In this document: positions 10,648 to 20,545 of the stretch, piece by piece | Numbering within the stretch: the stretch's first letter is position 1 | How the letters are laid out: each line of letters starts with the position of its first letter | Assembly (NCBI GenBank): GCA_965205015.1 | Contig: OZ242029.1 | Coordinates: forward strand, 5,056,001-5,120,000 | DNA length: 64,000 bases | Reading direction: 5' to 3' | From: Candidatus Poribacteria bacterium | Lineage (GTDB): Bacteria > Poribacteria > WGA-4E > WGA-3G | The notes under the pieces: generated by a model | Told to the model about the DNA's origin: nothing | Database searches by the model: none | Seen by the model: only the letters and a program-made list of their open reading frames with translations | Made by a program: the position numbers and the translations under genes

Positions 10648-11634
10648 ATGTCCGAACACGCCGAAGAAAAATATGAAGAATTCCGTGAGGCTTTCCTGAG
10701 AATACAGCAGGAGGTCTCCAAGCGGATCGTCGGACAAAAGGAGACCATTGAAGGGGTGCTCATCTGCCTTATGACGGGAGGACACGCGCTGTTAGAAGGT
10801 GTCCCTGGATTAGGGAAAACCCTGCTTATCCGAACGCTCCATGAGGTACTGGACCTCAAGTTTTCCCGAATTCAGTTTACGCCGGATCTGATGCCAGCCG
10901 ACATTATCGGTACCACCGTTGTCGCTGAAGATGAAGACGGACGCAAATTCTTTGAGTTTCAACCCGGTCCTGTATTCGCCAATCTTATTCTTGCCGACGA
11001 AATCAACCGCGCAACCCCTAAGACCCAGTCCGCCTTGTTGGAGGCGATGCAAGAGAAATCTGTGACCGTTGCCGGACGACAGCGGGAATTAAAGCTGCCG
11101 TTCTTTGTGATGGCGACACAGAACCCTTTAGAAATGGAAGGCACTTATCCGTTGCCAGAGGCGCAACTCGACCGATTCTTTTTCAAACTTAAGGTTAAAT
11201 ACCCGAGCCTTGATGAACTTGACCTCGTTATGGAACGGACGACGAAACGGGATATGCCGACTGTTGACAAAGTTTGCGATGGTGAGCAGATTAACGCCTT
11301 GGAACAGAGCGTCCGAGATATTCTCATCGCTGAAGACGTACGCAGGTACGCCCTGCGAATCGTCCTCGGTACCCACCCCGAGTCAGAGGACGCACCGGGA
11401 CTCACGAAAAAATATGTTCGCTACGGTTCCAGTCCACGCGGCGCACAGGCATTAATTCTCGGCGGGAAGGTCCGGGCAATCCTTGATGGAAGATACAATG
11501 TGGCGCGCGAAGACATTCAAGCCGTCGCACTCCCCAGTCTGCGGCATCGCCTCATCTTAAGTTTTGAAGGCGAAGCAGAGGGAATTGACCCGGATGACAT
11601 CATCCAACATCTGCTGACAGAGATTGACCGATGA
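10648..11634 (+). CDS. moxR: MoxR-family AAA+ ATPase
   Basis: Walker A GVPGLGKT, RIQFTPDLMPADI, Walker B LADEINRA, ATQNPLEMEGTYPLPEAQLDRF; start moved to ATG 10648 (SD AGGGGG). Confidence 0.95.
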   Translation: MSEHAEEKYEEFREAFLRIQQEVSKRIVGQKETIEGVLICLMTGGHALLEGVPGLGKTLLIRTLHEVLDLKFSRIQFTPDLMPADIIGTTVVAEDEDGRKFFEFQPGPVFANLILADEINRATPKTQSALLEAMQEKSVTVAGRQRELKLPFFVMATQNPLEMEGTYPLPEAQLDRFFFKLKVKYPSLDELDLVMERTTKRDMPTVDKVCDGEQINALEQSVRDILIAEDVRRYALRIVLGTHPESEDAPGLTKKYVRYGSSPRGAQALILGGKVRAILDGRYNVAREDIQAVALPSLRHRLILSFEGEAEGIDPDDIIQHLLTEIDR

Positions 11635-12518
11635 ACGATACACAATCTGCCTTTGACAGCGAATTCCTCAAAAAACTTGAATACCTCTACATCGTTTCCA
11701 AAAAGATTTTTGCCGGACGCATCAAAGCCGAGCGGCGCAGTACACGACGGGGGGTCAGCGTCGAGTTTGCCGATTACCGGAACTATACCGCTGGCGACGA
11801 TTTTCGCTACATTGATTGGAACGCTTTCGCACGCTTGGATGAACTCCTGCTGAAACTTTATGAGGAACGGGAAGACCTACATATCTACTTCCTCGTTGAT
11901 GCCAGTCAATCAATGACCTACGGCACACTGCCGAAATTGATTTATGCCAAACGCGTTGCTGCTGCACTTGCCTATATCGGTTTGTCCAACCTTGATCGGA
12001 TTGGCATTACAGCCTTCAACAACGCCGGAGTGGACCGGCTTCCGACAGAGCGTGGCAAAGGTAAAATCTTCACCGTGCTTGACTTCCTGGATCAGATTAA
12101 CGGCACCGGCGAAACGGATTTAGAAAATGCCTTCCATAACTTTGTTCATACGACGAAACGCCGGGGGCTCGTCGTCCTCATTTCTGACCTCTTTGATCCG
12201 AGTGGATTTACCAACGCGTTGAATGTCCTGAAGTTTCAAAAGCACGAACTCTTTGTGATCCACATCGTCGACCAGAAAGAAGCCGCTCCCGATCTGCTCG
12301 GCGACTATCATCTCGTCGATGTTGAGACGAATCAACTGCGTCAGGTCACGATAAACGAGAATCATCTCAAGCGGTATCAAGCACTTTTCCAAAAATATTG
12401 CGATGATATGGATGTATACTGCACACAACGTGAAATTGGGCTCGTAAGGACGACAACGGAGTCCCCCTTTGAAGAACTCATCCTGCGCATTTTCAGGATG
12501 GGAGGCTTTGTTTCTTAA
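11631..12518 (+). CDS. DUF58 domain protein (VWA-like MoxR partner)
   Basis: G.SVEFADYRNY..GDDFRYIDWN, DASQSM, LISDL motifs; ATGA overlap with moxR. Confidence 0.92.
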   Translation: MNDTQSAFDSEFLKKLEYLYIVSKKIFAGRIKAERRSTRRGVSVEFADYRNYTAGDDFRYIDWNAFARLDELLLKLYEEREDLHIYFLVDASQSMTYGTLPKLIYAKRVAAALAYIGLSNLDRIGITAFNNAGVDRLPTERGKGKIFTVLDFLDQINGTGETDLENAFHNFVHTTKRRGLVVLISDLFDPSGFTNALNVLKFQKHELFVIHIVDQKEAAPDLLGDYHLVDVETNQLRQVTINENHLKRYQALFQKYCDDMDVYCTQREIGLVRTTTESPFEELILRIFRMGGFVS

Positions 12519-14555
12519 ATGAATTTCCTATCCCCGACCTCACTTTTTCTATTTGGGTTGGCTATTCCGATTGTCGCACTGTACATCCTCAAACTGCGCC
12601 GCCGGCGCGAACCTGTCTCTACGCTCATGTTCTGGGAGGAACTCTTCAGAGAGCGACAGACCACCTCCCTGTTTCAGAGACTGAAGCATCTCCTATCGCT
12701 CCTGCTGCAACTTCTATTTCTGGCACTTTTAGTGCTTGCCGTGGCGCGACCGCAGTTCGCATTTCTAACGAAGTCCGCTCGACAGCTCGTGTTGATGATC
12801 GACCGGTCAGCGAGCATGAACGCCGTTGAGGGGTCCGACGGACTCACACGGCTGGAATCTGCTAAGCGGAGCGCTTTGCAAACAGTCGATAGGCTCCGCT
12901 TCATGGACGAAATGACGGTGATAAGTTCCCATAAACGTCCTATAATTCACAGTCCCTTTACCAATCATCAGAAATCGCTGCGAGAAGCGATCAACGCAAT
13001 CCAGCCGACCGACATTGGCACGAACCTTGAGGCTGCAATAGATTTGGCGTATGCGGTTGCTCAAACAAAGCCTAACCCCGAAGTTGTTATCCTCAGCGAT
13101 TTTCAGTCTGTTTCTGAAGCACTGCTTGCCAAACTCAATAGCAAAATAGAACAGAGCGAGAGTACTGAAGAGCCAAACCAAAAGATAAAACACCATCTGA
13201 TACGTGTAGGAGAAGCGAACAACAATATCGGCATCACGCAATTTCGAGTCAGAAAGAGTCTCGTTAATCCTTTTGATTATGAAACGCTTTTACGGATCAT
13301 CAACACCTCAGCGGAAGAGAAACAGTTCAATGTTGAGCTCTATTTTAAGGAAGATCTCTTTGATGTCCGTCCTTACACGCTTGCACCTGGCGAAAGCAGA
13401 TCCGAGATTTTTAGCAACTTTACGTTTGAAGGCGGTAAACTCAGAGCCGTCTTGGATATTGAAGACGCCCTGTCCACCGACAATGTTGCCTATGCCGCAC
13501 TCCCGAAACGTGAACGTGTCTCTGTTTTACTCGTGACAGAGGAGAACCCGTTTCTTGAGAAAGCACTCGCTGTTGATGAACAGTTAAATCTCAGCGTTGT
13601 CACACCAACAGTGTATGCGTCCAACGCATTCCAGCGAAACGAGAGTACCTATCGGGTCGTCATCTTTGACCGATACAGTCCACCGACCCTTGGTGATGGG
13701 AATTACATGTTCATCTATCCACCCGCTACGGCTTCGGTTTTGGAAACTTCCGGTACTGAGCTGAAATGGGATATCGGCGCCTCCCTTGAAACACCGATTA
13801 TCACGGATTGGGAGCGGACACACCCAATTCTGCGGCACGTCCACTTGGAAAATGTTCAAATTGGCGAGGCGTATCAGATTACGCCACCGCCGACAGCACA
13901 GGTGATTGCCCGCTCTTTCGAGTCGCCTGTGTTGTTTGTTGATGTTGCTCCGAACCGGAAAATCGTCTTTGCTGCTATCGATATTCTGCAATCCGATCTG
14001 CCGCTTCGTATCGCTTTTCCCGTGATTATCGCCAACACAATTCAGTGGTTTCAGCAGGGTTCAGGGATCCAAGAATACTATCTCCATACCGGCGAAGTCC
14101 TACAGCAGCGGATTGCCTCGCTAACGGAAGCAGATTTACCACAAGATGTGCCGAGAAGTGTCACAATCACGGGACCAGGAAATGAAACGTGGGAAGTTCC
14201 CGTTGAGCGAAACGAGGTACTATTCAGTCAAACACAGCGTGCCGGTTTTTATGAAGTGAAATTTGAGGGGAGTTCGCTACGAAAGGTAGCCGCACCTACC
14301 GGGGAGGCGGATTCCGCACTGGAAGCAACCGCTCCCGCGGAAGATAACAATGGAACCTTGTGGGCTGTCAACCTCGCCGATGAAACCGAGTCACACATCG
14401 GGACGGATCCGCGGATTGAGAGTCTGCTTGAAATATCAGGGCTACCGAGCGGTGCTGCGCTTTTGCACTATCCCCCTTGGGTTTACTTCGTATTCGTGGC
14501 TGTCATATTGAGCAGCGTTGAATGGTTTTTATACCAACGCAGAAGAATCGATTAA
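12519..14555 (+). CDS. BatA N-terminal plus VWA domain membrane protein
   Basis: MNFLSP...IPIVALYIL..RRR...STLMFW BatA signature; MIDAS DRSAS; ILSD; C-terminal TM ending EWFLYQRR. Confidence 0.9.
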   Translation: MNFLSPTSLFLFGLAIPIVALYILKLRRRREPVSTLMFWEELFRERQTTSLFQRLKHLLSLLLQLLFLALLVLAVARPQFAFLTKSARQLVLMIDRSASMNAVEGSDGLTRLESAKRSALQTVDRLRFMDEMTVISSHKRPIIHSPFTNHQKSLREAINAIQPTDIGTNLEAAIDLAYAVAQTKPNPEVVILSDFQSVSEALLAKLNSKIEQSESTEEPNQKIKHHLIRVGEANNNIGITQFRVRKSLVNPFDYETLLRIINTSAEEKQFNVELYFKEDLFDVRPYTLAPGESRSEIFSNFTFEGGKLRAVLDIEDALSTDNVAYAALPKRERVSVLLVTEENPFLEKALAVDEQLNLSVVTPTVYASNAFQRNESTYRVVIFDRYSPPTLGDGNYMFIYPPATASVLETSGTELKWDIGASLETPIITDWERTHPILRHVHLENVQIGEAYQITPPPTAQVIARSFESPVLFVDVAPNRKIVFAAIDILQSDLPLRIAFPVIIANTIQWFQQGSGIQEYYLHTGEVLQQRIASLTEADLPQDVPRSVTITGPGNETWEVPVERNEVLFSQTQRAGFYEVKFEGSSLRKVAAPTGEADSALEATAPAEDNNGTLWAVNLADETESHIGTDPRIESLLEISGLPSGAALLHYPPWVYFVFVAVILSSVEWFLYQRRRID

Positions 14556-14556
14556 A

Positions 14557-14580
14557 GTAGTAGGCACACTCCGTGTGCCG
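14557..14580 (+). repeat. GTAG-type REP-like hairpin
   Basis: GTAGTA-GGCACAC-TCC-GTGTGCC between co-oriented genes. Confidence 0.6.
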
Positions 14581-14588
14581 TAACCTCT

Positions 14589-17165
14589 ATGGAAATTACA
14601 CGTCCGATCCTACTTCTATTGCTCTTGCTACTACCGTTCCTTTACTACGGCTACCGGCGCAGCCTCGTGGATTTGTCGCAAACGCAGCGAGTCCTTAGCC
14701 TCATCACGCGGGTCATTATTGTCGTGTTGCTTATCTTGAGCAGTGCAGGCGTCCAATATCTGAAAACCGATAGCAAATTAGCGGTTCTGTTTTTGGCGGA
14801 TATCTCAGATAGCATATCAACCGACGGTTTGGTAGAGACAATGGATCATATCAATACAGCACTGAAATCACGCGATCCTAATCAAGAGGTGGGTCTCATC
14901 ACCTTTACCGATAGAACGGAGATCGTCCAGGATTCATTGAAAGATGGCAGAGAACTTCATGGGGAGTCGCAACTCACTGAAATCAAGAAAGAGTGGTTGG
15001 AGCTGGACGAGGACGTAGGTGACACGACAAACATCGCGCAAGCAATTGAGACTGCATGGGGGATTTTCCCCGCAAATGCGAATAAACGCATCGTCCTCAT
15101 CACCGATGGTGTTGAGACACAAGGGGATGCTGTTCACACGGCACTCCGCGGGAAAAGTTTTGGCATACAAATCGACACGGTGCCGATATATCCGAGCGAT
15201 GAACCGGAGGTCATGGTTCAGAGGCTTGAGATGCCCGCACACGTCAAGCAGGGCGCTCCGTTCAATGTAGAGGTGTGCATCCACAGTAACCATGAAGATG
15301 TGGCAGAGATCCGCCTCTTCAAGAACAAATTTGAGGTCGCGAAACAGGAGGTTCGGCTTGAGGCGGGTGAAAATCGGGTCGTATTTACCGAGACGGTTAT
15401 GGAGAGCGGCACCCTTACCTACGATGCTATCTGCCGCACAACGAGGGACACGCGCTATGATAACAACCGGGCACTCGGTATCGTCGCCGTCACAGGGAAA
15501 CCGAAAGTCCTTCTCATCGACGAGAACGAATCGCAAGCCCGTTACTTAGCACGTGCCCTGGAAGATGCCAAAATTCGTGTGGATGTCCGTAACGGATTAG
15601 GCGTGCCGAATGAACTCGCCGATCTGCAAAACTATGAACTCGTCATTTTCAGTGATGTGCCAGCGAACCGACTCACCCAAAATCAGATGGAGCTGATTCG
15701 CACTTACGTCCAAGACCTCGGTGGCGGTTTCATGATGCTCGGCAGTGAAAACAGTTTCGGGCTTGGTGGCTACTACAAAACGCCTATCGAAGGGATCTTG
15801 CCCGTCCGCACCGACACCGAAAAGAAGAAGGAAACACCATCGCTCGGAATGGTTTTGGTTATTGATAAATCGGGGAGTATGGGCGGGATTAAGATCGAAC
15901 TCGCCAAAGAGGCCTCGCGCGCAGCGGTTGAACTCCTCGGGCGGCGTGATAAAATCGGAATCGTCGCATTCGACGGTTCACCCTTCTGGATTTCAGAAAT
16001 GCATGATGCCTCCGACAAACAGTACCTTTCAGATCAGATCGGTTCACTCACTGCAGGGGGCGGTACAAATCTCTATCCGGCGCTTGAACAGGCATATTTC
16101 GCCCTCACAGAAACAACCGCGAAACTCAAGCACGTCATTGTTCTCAGCGATGGACAGTCCCAGGATGGCGACTGGTACGGGATTGCGAGTGCTATGCGGG
16201 CGGATCGCATCACGGTTTCAACGGTTGGCATCGGCAGCGGGGCTGATATGAATCTGCTCGGTAACCTCGCGAATTGGGGGGGCGGACGCGAGTACTTTAC
16301 ACAGGACCCGTATAACATCCCGCAGATTTTTGCGAAGGAGACTGTCACCGCCTCGAAATCCGCAATTATTGACGCACCCTTCATCCCACAGTATATTAAA
16401 CCGACCCAAGTTTTGAGTGGTATAGACCTTGAACTTGCCCCGTTTCTACTCGGCTACGTCGCAACACAGCCGCGACCGACCGCTGAAATATTTCTTGTCT
16501 CCGACCGCGGGGACCCGCTGCTCGCGAGTTGGCAATACGGTTTGGGGAAATCCGTCGCATTTACTTCTGATGCCAAAGCCCGTTGGGCATCCGATTGGTT
16601 GGAGTGGCCCGGCTACGGCAAATTCTGGACACAGTTGGTCCGCGATACAATGCGGAAGGCAACGCTCAGCAACTTTCAAGCGGAAATCAGCCAAGAAAAA
16701 GGGGTTGCCCACCTTGCAATTGATGCCCTTGATGATACCGGAGATTTTCTAAACGCACTTGAAAGCGAGATCTCCCTCATCTCTCCGGACCTCAAGAGGG
16801 AAGAACTCGCTGTCACGCAGACAGCACCCGGTCGATATGAACTTGATTTCCCGACACAAGAGGTGGGTCCCTATTTCCTGAATATCAGACAGAAACAGGC
16901 AGGCGACGTCGTTAACACCCAAGTGACTGGCACCGTCGTCTCTTACCCACAGGAGTACCTCGTTCACAACGCCAACGATGCCCTTCTAACCCAACTCGCC
17001 GCGGTATCGGGTGGGAAATTCAACGCGTCGCCCGAAGATGCCTTCCGTCCGCCTGAAGAACCCGTTGTGCTCCGCGTCCATCTATGGCGACCCTTCCTCA
17101 TCACTGCTCTGTTTCTGTTGCTTATAGACATCGCCTTGCGCCGAATTGATCTCAGACGCGGCTAA
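14589..17165 (+). CDS. Double-VWA plus glutamine-amidotransferase-like domain membrane protein
   Basis: DISDS and DKSGS MIDAS motifs, LITDG/LSDG, GGGFMMLGSENSFGLGGY; N- and C-terminal TM segments. Confidence 0.88.
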   Translation: MEITRPILLLLLLLLPFLYYGYRRSLVDLSQTQRVLSLITRVIIVVLLILSSAGVQYLKTDSKLAVLFLADISDSISTDGLVETMDHINTALKSRDPNQEVGLITFTDRTEIVQDSLKDGRELHGESQLTEIKKEWLELDEDVGDTTNIAQAIETAWGIFPANANKRIVLITDGVETQGDAVHTALRGKSFGIQIDTVPIYPSDEPEVMVQRLEMPAHVKQGAPFNVEVCIHSNHEDVAEIRLFKNKFEVAKQEVRLEAGENRVVFTETVMESGTLTYDAICRTTRDTRYDNNRALGIVAVTGKPKVLLIDENESQARYLARALEDAKIRVDVRNGLGVPNELADLQNYELVIFSDVPANRLTQNQMELIRTYVQDLGGGFMMLGSENSFGLGGYYKTPIEGILPVRTDTEKKKETPSLGMVLVIDKSGSMGGIKIELAKEASRAAVELLGRRDKIGIVAFDGSPFWISEMHDASDKQYLSDQIGSLTAGGGTNLYPALEQAYFALTETTAKLKHVIVLSDGQSQDGDWYGIASAMRADRITVSTVGIGSGADMNLLGNLANWGGGREYFTQDPYNIPQIFAKETVTASKSAIIDAPFIPQYIKPTQVLSGIDLELAPFLLGYVATQPRPTAEIFLVSDRGDPLLASWQYGLGKSVAFTSDAKARWASDWLEWPGYGKFWTQLVRDTMRKATLSNFQAEISQEKGVAHLAIDALDDTGDFLNALESEISLISPDLKREELAVTQTAPGRYELDFPTQEVGPYFLNIRQKQAGDVVNTQVTGTVVSYPQEYLVHNANDALLTQLAAVSGGKFNASPEDAFRPPEEPVVLRVHLWRPFLITALFLLLIDIALRRIDLRRG

Positions 17166-17184
17166 AATTGATAGGAGTTTACCG

Positions 17185-17874
17185 ATGGAAATTACAAAAT
17201 GGATTGCAAGCGCATCCTCAGAACATTTTACCTATAGAACAGAAGCAAAGCGTCCGTGGGACCCTGAAATGGTGCTTGAATTGTTGGAACAGACACATCG
17301 GAATTTTGAAAAACACATGGGACCGGGCTTGGATACTGTTATTGAGGTTGAAGACAGAATCTGTGAACCTAATAACTTGGGTGCGCGAGCCGAGATAAAC
17401 AAACAGGTTCATTCCGATCAAGAGTACACGATAGAGGTCAAATTTATCTGTGAATTTCCGCCGAACTATGGGCATGCACCGCAGGAGCAGGATCTCGCAT
17501 ACCATTTCTTTGTGCATGAACTTTTTCATTGCTGGATTGGTGGATCGGTATCAAACGGCTATGGATTGATCGTTGAAGCGGTTACTCAGTATATGACGGA
17601 TTGGGTACTCGTCCATTTGGGATGGTGCAGCGAGGATTTACGCATTCGGGGAAGAATAAACTGTCAGCAGATTATAGACAACGCAGACCCGCCACACACG
17701 ACAATCGCCAGATACAAACTCCTATTTGACCAGATGCACACCGCTGATCCAGAAACCCTACTCGCGTTCTGTAGAGATTTAGCCGACTGTTTCCGTCGAC
17801 AGCGAAGTCGAAAAGAAACCGATATATTTCCTGTTTTACAGCGATACTTGGGAACACGCTTGAAAGAAAATTAG
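17185..17874 (+). CDS. Hypothetical protein with gluzincin-like HExxH motif
   Basis: FVHELFHCWIG followed by VEAVTQY; SD AGGAG before ATG 17185. Confidence 0.65.
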   Translation: MEITKWIASASSEHFTYRTEAKRPWDPEMVLELLEQTHRNFEKHMGPGLDTVIEVEDRICEPNNLGARAEINKQVHSDQEYTIEVKFICEFPPNYGHAPQEQDLAYHFFVHELFHCWIGGSVSNGYGLIVEAVTQYMTDWVLVHLGWCSEDLRIRGRINCQQIIDNADPPHTTIARYKLLFDQMHTADPETLLAFCRDLADCFRRQRSRKETDIFPVLQRYLGTRLKEN

Positions 17875-17891
17875 GAAACATTGCTTTCCCC

Positions 17892-18134
17892 AGCAACCGG
17901 TCGTTCGTCGTTGAAACACACAGTGACTACATGATTGACCGCGCCCGTATTGAAATCAGAAAGGGCAATATCTGTCCCGAAGATGTATCCCTAATCTATT
18001 TTGAACCGAAGGGACGAATTGTTAACGTACATAATATTGGTTTTGATAAGATAGCGAATCTAACCAATGTCCCAACACATTATAGAGACTTTTTCCTAAA
18101 AGAGTCTAAACGTCTCATGGGATTTGAGGATTAA
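17892..18134 (+). pseudogene. C-terminal remnant of an AAA_21/DUF3696-type ATPase
   Basis: In-frame sequence upstream of the called ATG reads SFVVETHSDYMIDRAR (H-loop motif); no Walker A/B present. Confidence 0.7.
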
Positions 18135-18137
18135 ATA

Positions 18138-18566
18138 ATGTGCGTGATTTTGGATGCGAACACTTTTGGTAAATTCAGAAATGCAAACGATGAAGATATG
18201 GCCCCTGTATGGAAATGGTTAGATAACAGAAACGGCACAATTGTTTATTCTAACACTGAAAAATTTGAACATGAATGGGAGAGAGGTGGAATGAGCCACT
18301 TAAGAGACCAAATGATGCGGGCTGGTCAACTCAAATTGGTATCTGAAGGTGTAGAAGAAAAAGCAGATGAACTGAAAGGCGAAATAGCATCAAACGACGA
18401 ACATATTATTGCATTGGCTCTAATAGCCGGGGTAAAGGTGATGGTATCCTACCCTGAGGACGATAGGGATTTATTCACGGATTTTAAGAATCGTGAGTTG
18501 GTTGGAGGCAAAGTGTATACAAGAAAGCAACATGCACATTTGTTGAAGAAGGATACCTGTCCTTGA
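18138..18566 (+). CDS. PIN-like domain protein
   Basis: N-terminal VILDAN, SNDEHIIALA and DRDL acidic motifs typical of the PIN fold. Confidence 0.65.
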   Translation: MCVILDANTFGKFRNANDEDMAPVWKWLDNRNGTIVYSNTEKFEHEWERGGMSHLRDQMMRAGQLKLVSEGVEEKADELKGEIASNDEHIIALALIAGVKVMVSYPEDDRDLFTDFKNRELVGGKVYTRKQHAHLLKKDTCP

Positions 18567-18572
18567 AATGAA

Positions 18573-18602
18573 GTAGTGCGGGCTGCTAAAACCTCGCACT
18601 AC
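18573..18602. terminator. Hairpin between convergent genes (GTAG REP-like / bidirectional terminator)
   Basis: gtagtgcg...cgcactac inverted repeat. Confidence 0.55.
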
Positions 18603-18616
18603 CACACAACCTGTCT

Positions 18617-20290
18617 TTAAGAAGGCATCCACGTCCGGGGTGCAATCCCTTCCACATGCGTTTTCACATCCACAACCGCCGGTCTCCCCGAATCGAGTGC
18701 CTGATCCAACGCACCTGCGAGTTCACTCGGTTTATTGACAGTAATTCCGAGACATCCCATTGATTCCGCCATCTTCGCAAAGTCCGCATCTGGGAACAAC
18801 CAGAGTTCATCGGAACCCGCCGTGCGCCCACCGTAGACGGACTCAACACCGCCCTGCTCCTGATTCAGTGAGTGATTGTTGTTCACAACGATAACAGCGT
18901 TAATCCCGGACTTCATTGCCGTATCGAGTTCCGCGATATGATACCAGATGCCGCCGTCGCCTGTGAAACAGATCACCGGTCTATCGGGTTGCGCGCACTT
19001 CGCACCCATCGCCGCGGGGAGTCCCCACCCCAACGAGCCTGAGCAGCGGATGAAACTCTGATCGGGGTGTTTGAAGTCGATCATCGTGCCTGTCCAGATA
19101 CCTGAATGCCCTGTGTCGGAGACGAGGATCGCGTCTGACGGCAGATAGTCCGTCAGTTCACGACAGAGCCGTTCGGGTAGCATCGGCAACCGTTCCGAAT
19201 TCACTTTTTCACTGACCTCGTCTTTCCAGTTTTGCACCAATTCTTGGACGCGACTCACCCATCCCGTCCGCGGTTCGGCGGTTTCTGACGCTTCGAGCAT
19301 CCGGCGGAGTGTGTTCCGCACGTCTCCCTGCATCCCTAACTGGATAGGATAATTTCGTCCGAGTTCATCAGGGTTAATGTCGAGTTGTATAATCGGTGTG
19401 CCTTGTGGCGGGATCTTGTATCCGTTGGTTACCTGTCCACCGGTATGACTTCCGATGAAGAAGACAAGGTCTGCTTCGCATACGGCTTGGTTGGCGCACG
19501 CCCGCGAGTATGAACCCGGTGTCCCGACTGCCAGTGGATGGTCGCTCGGGAACATCGCCTTTGCATTCAGGGAGGTCGCCACTGGAATCGAGAGTTTCTC
19601 TGCCACTGCGACGAGTTCTGCGCGTGCGTCCGAAGCCGTTACGCCACCCCCTGCCACAATGATGGGGCGTTCCGCATCGGAGAGAAGTCTAAGGGCTTCC
19701 GTTACCTTTTCTGCTTCTGCTTCCGGTCGGAACGGCGGTAATTGGGTAAACGCCTCTTCAATGATCACCTCAAGTTCGCCTTCTCGATCAATAACTGATG
19801 TCCCAGCGATGCCTTCAAAATCGAGGTGTGCGGGTCCCGGTGTTCCTGTTGTCGCCGCACGGAAGGCTTGACGGAGATAGAAGGGCAGCTGCTCCGGTGT
19901 CGCGACGTAAGCACTGTATTTCGTGACAGCAGAGAACGGGTTGACGTGATCCACCTCTTGATAAGCGTGCCGTTGTTGATTGATTTGATTTTCCTTACCG
20001 GTAATCGCAATCACCGGCGCGCAAGCGAGATAGGCATCTTGTAACCCCGCAGCGAGGTTCACGGCACCGACCGATTGTGCCATGCAGAGGCTCGGCGCGC
20101 GGTTCACACGGGCATAAGCGTCAGCCATGTATGCTGCGGCTTTCTCGCCGTGCGTCTGAACCCGCTTAATCCCAAGACTTTCCATCTCCATTAAAGTCCG
20201 CGGTCCGATATACGGCATAAAAAAAACGTGCGTAATTCCATATCCGTGGACGGTATCAGCAATAAATTTAGCACCTGTCATTTTCGGCAT
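18617..20290 (-). CDS. Thiamine-pyrophosphate-dependent enzyme (acetolactate synthase large subunit-like)
   Basis: HGEKAAAYMADAYAR, GSLGWGLPAAMGA, TPP motif GDGG...NN. Confidence 0.92.
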   Translation of the reverse strand: MPKMTGAKFIADTVHGYGITHVFFMPYIGPRTLMEMESLGIKRVQTHGEKAAAYMADAYARVNRAPSLCMAQSVGAVNLAAGLQDAYLACAPVIAITGKENQINQQRHAYQEVDHVNPFSAVTKYSAYVATPEQLPFYLRQAFRAATTGTPGPAHLDFEGIAGTSVIDREGELEVIIEEAFTQLPPFRPEAEAEKVTEALRLLSDAERPIIVAGGGVTASDARAELVAVAEKLSIPVATSLNAKAMFPSDHPLAVGTPGSYSRACANQAVCEADLVFFIGSHTGGQVTNGYKIPPQGTPIIQLDINPDELGRNYPIQLGMQGDVRNTLRRMLEASETAEPRTGWVSRVQELVQNWKDEVSEKVNSERLPMLPERLCRELTDYLPSDAILVSDTGHSGIWTGTMIDFKHPDQSFIRCSGSLGWGLPAAMGAKCAQPDRPVICFTGDGGIWYHIAELDTAMKSGINAVIVVNNNHSLNQEQGGVESVYGGRTAGSDELWLFPDADFAKMAESMGCLGITVNKPSELAGALDQALDSGRPAVVDVKTHVEGIAPRTWMPS

Positions 20291-20360
20291 AGTTCTTTTG
20301 TCTCCCTTTTCGCAACTTGCTATTAGAAGTCGGCGTGGTTTACAACGCTATGTGAAATCC

Positions 20361-20389
20361 ATTTTACCAGTTTTCGGTGTAACGTGCAA
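20361..20389 (-). promoter_or_regulatory. Sigma70-type promoter for the TPP enzyme gene
   Basis: TTGCAC-17 bp-TAAAAT on the minus strand. Confidence 0.55.
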
Positions 20390-20545
20390 GCGTGAACTTA
20401 GCATCGGAATAAATTTGGTAAGAAATCGCCAGAGGTGCTATAATTGTCTCATCAATTTTAAATGCAAACTTTAGACATCATGAACCACACCAGAAATTTT
20501 CCATGGATGCGGAAATAAACCCGCTTCCGCGAGGGGGAAAGCACT

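Noticed and set aside
14270-14312. Possible REP remnant (ccgcacctaccgg) within the BatA/VWA gene linker
   Set aside because: Only a half-site with no complete hairpin; cannot be distinguished from chance
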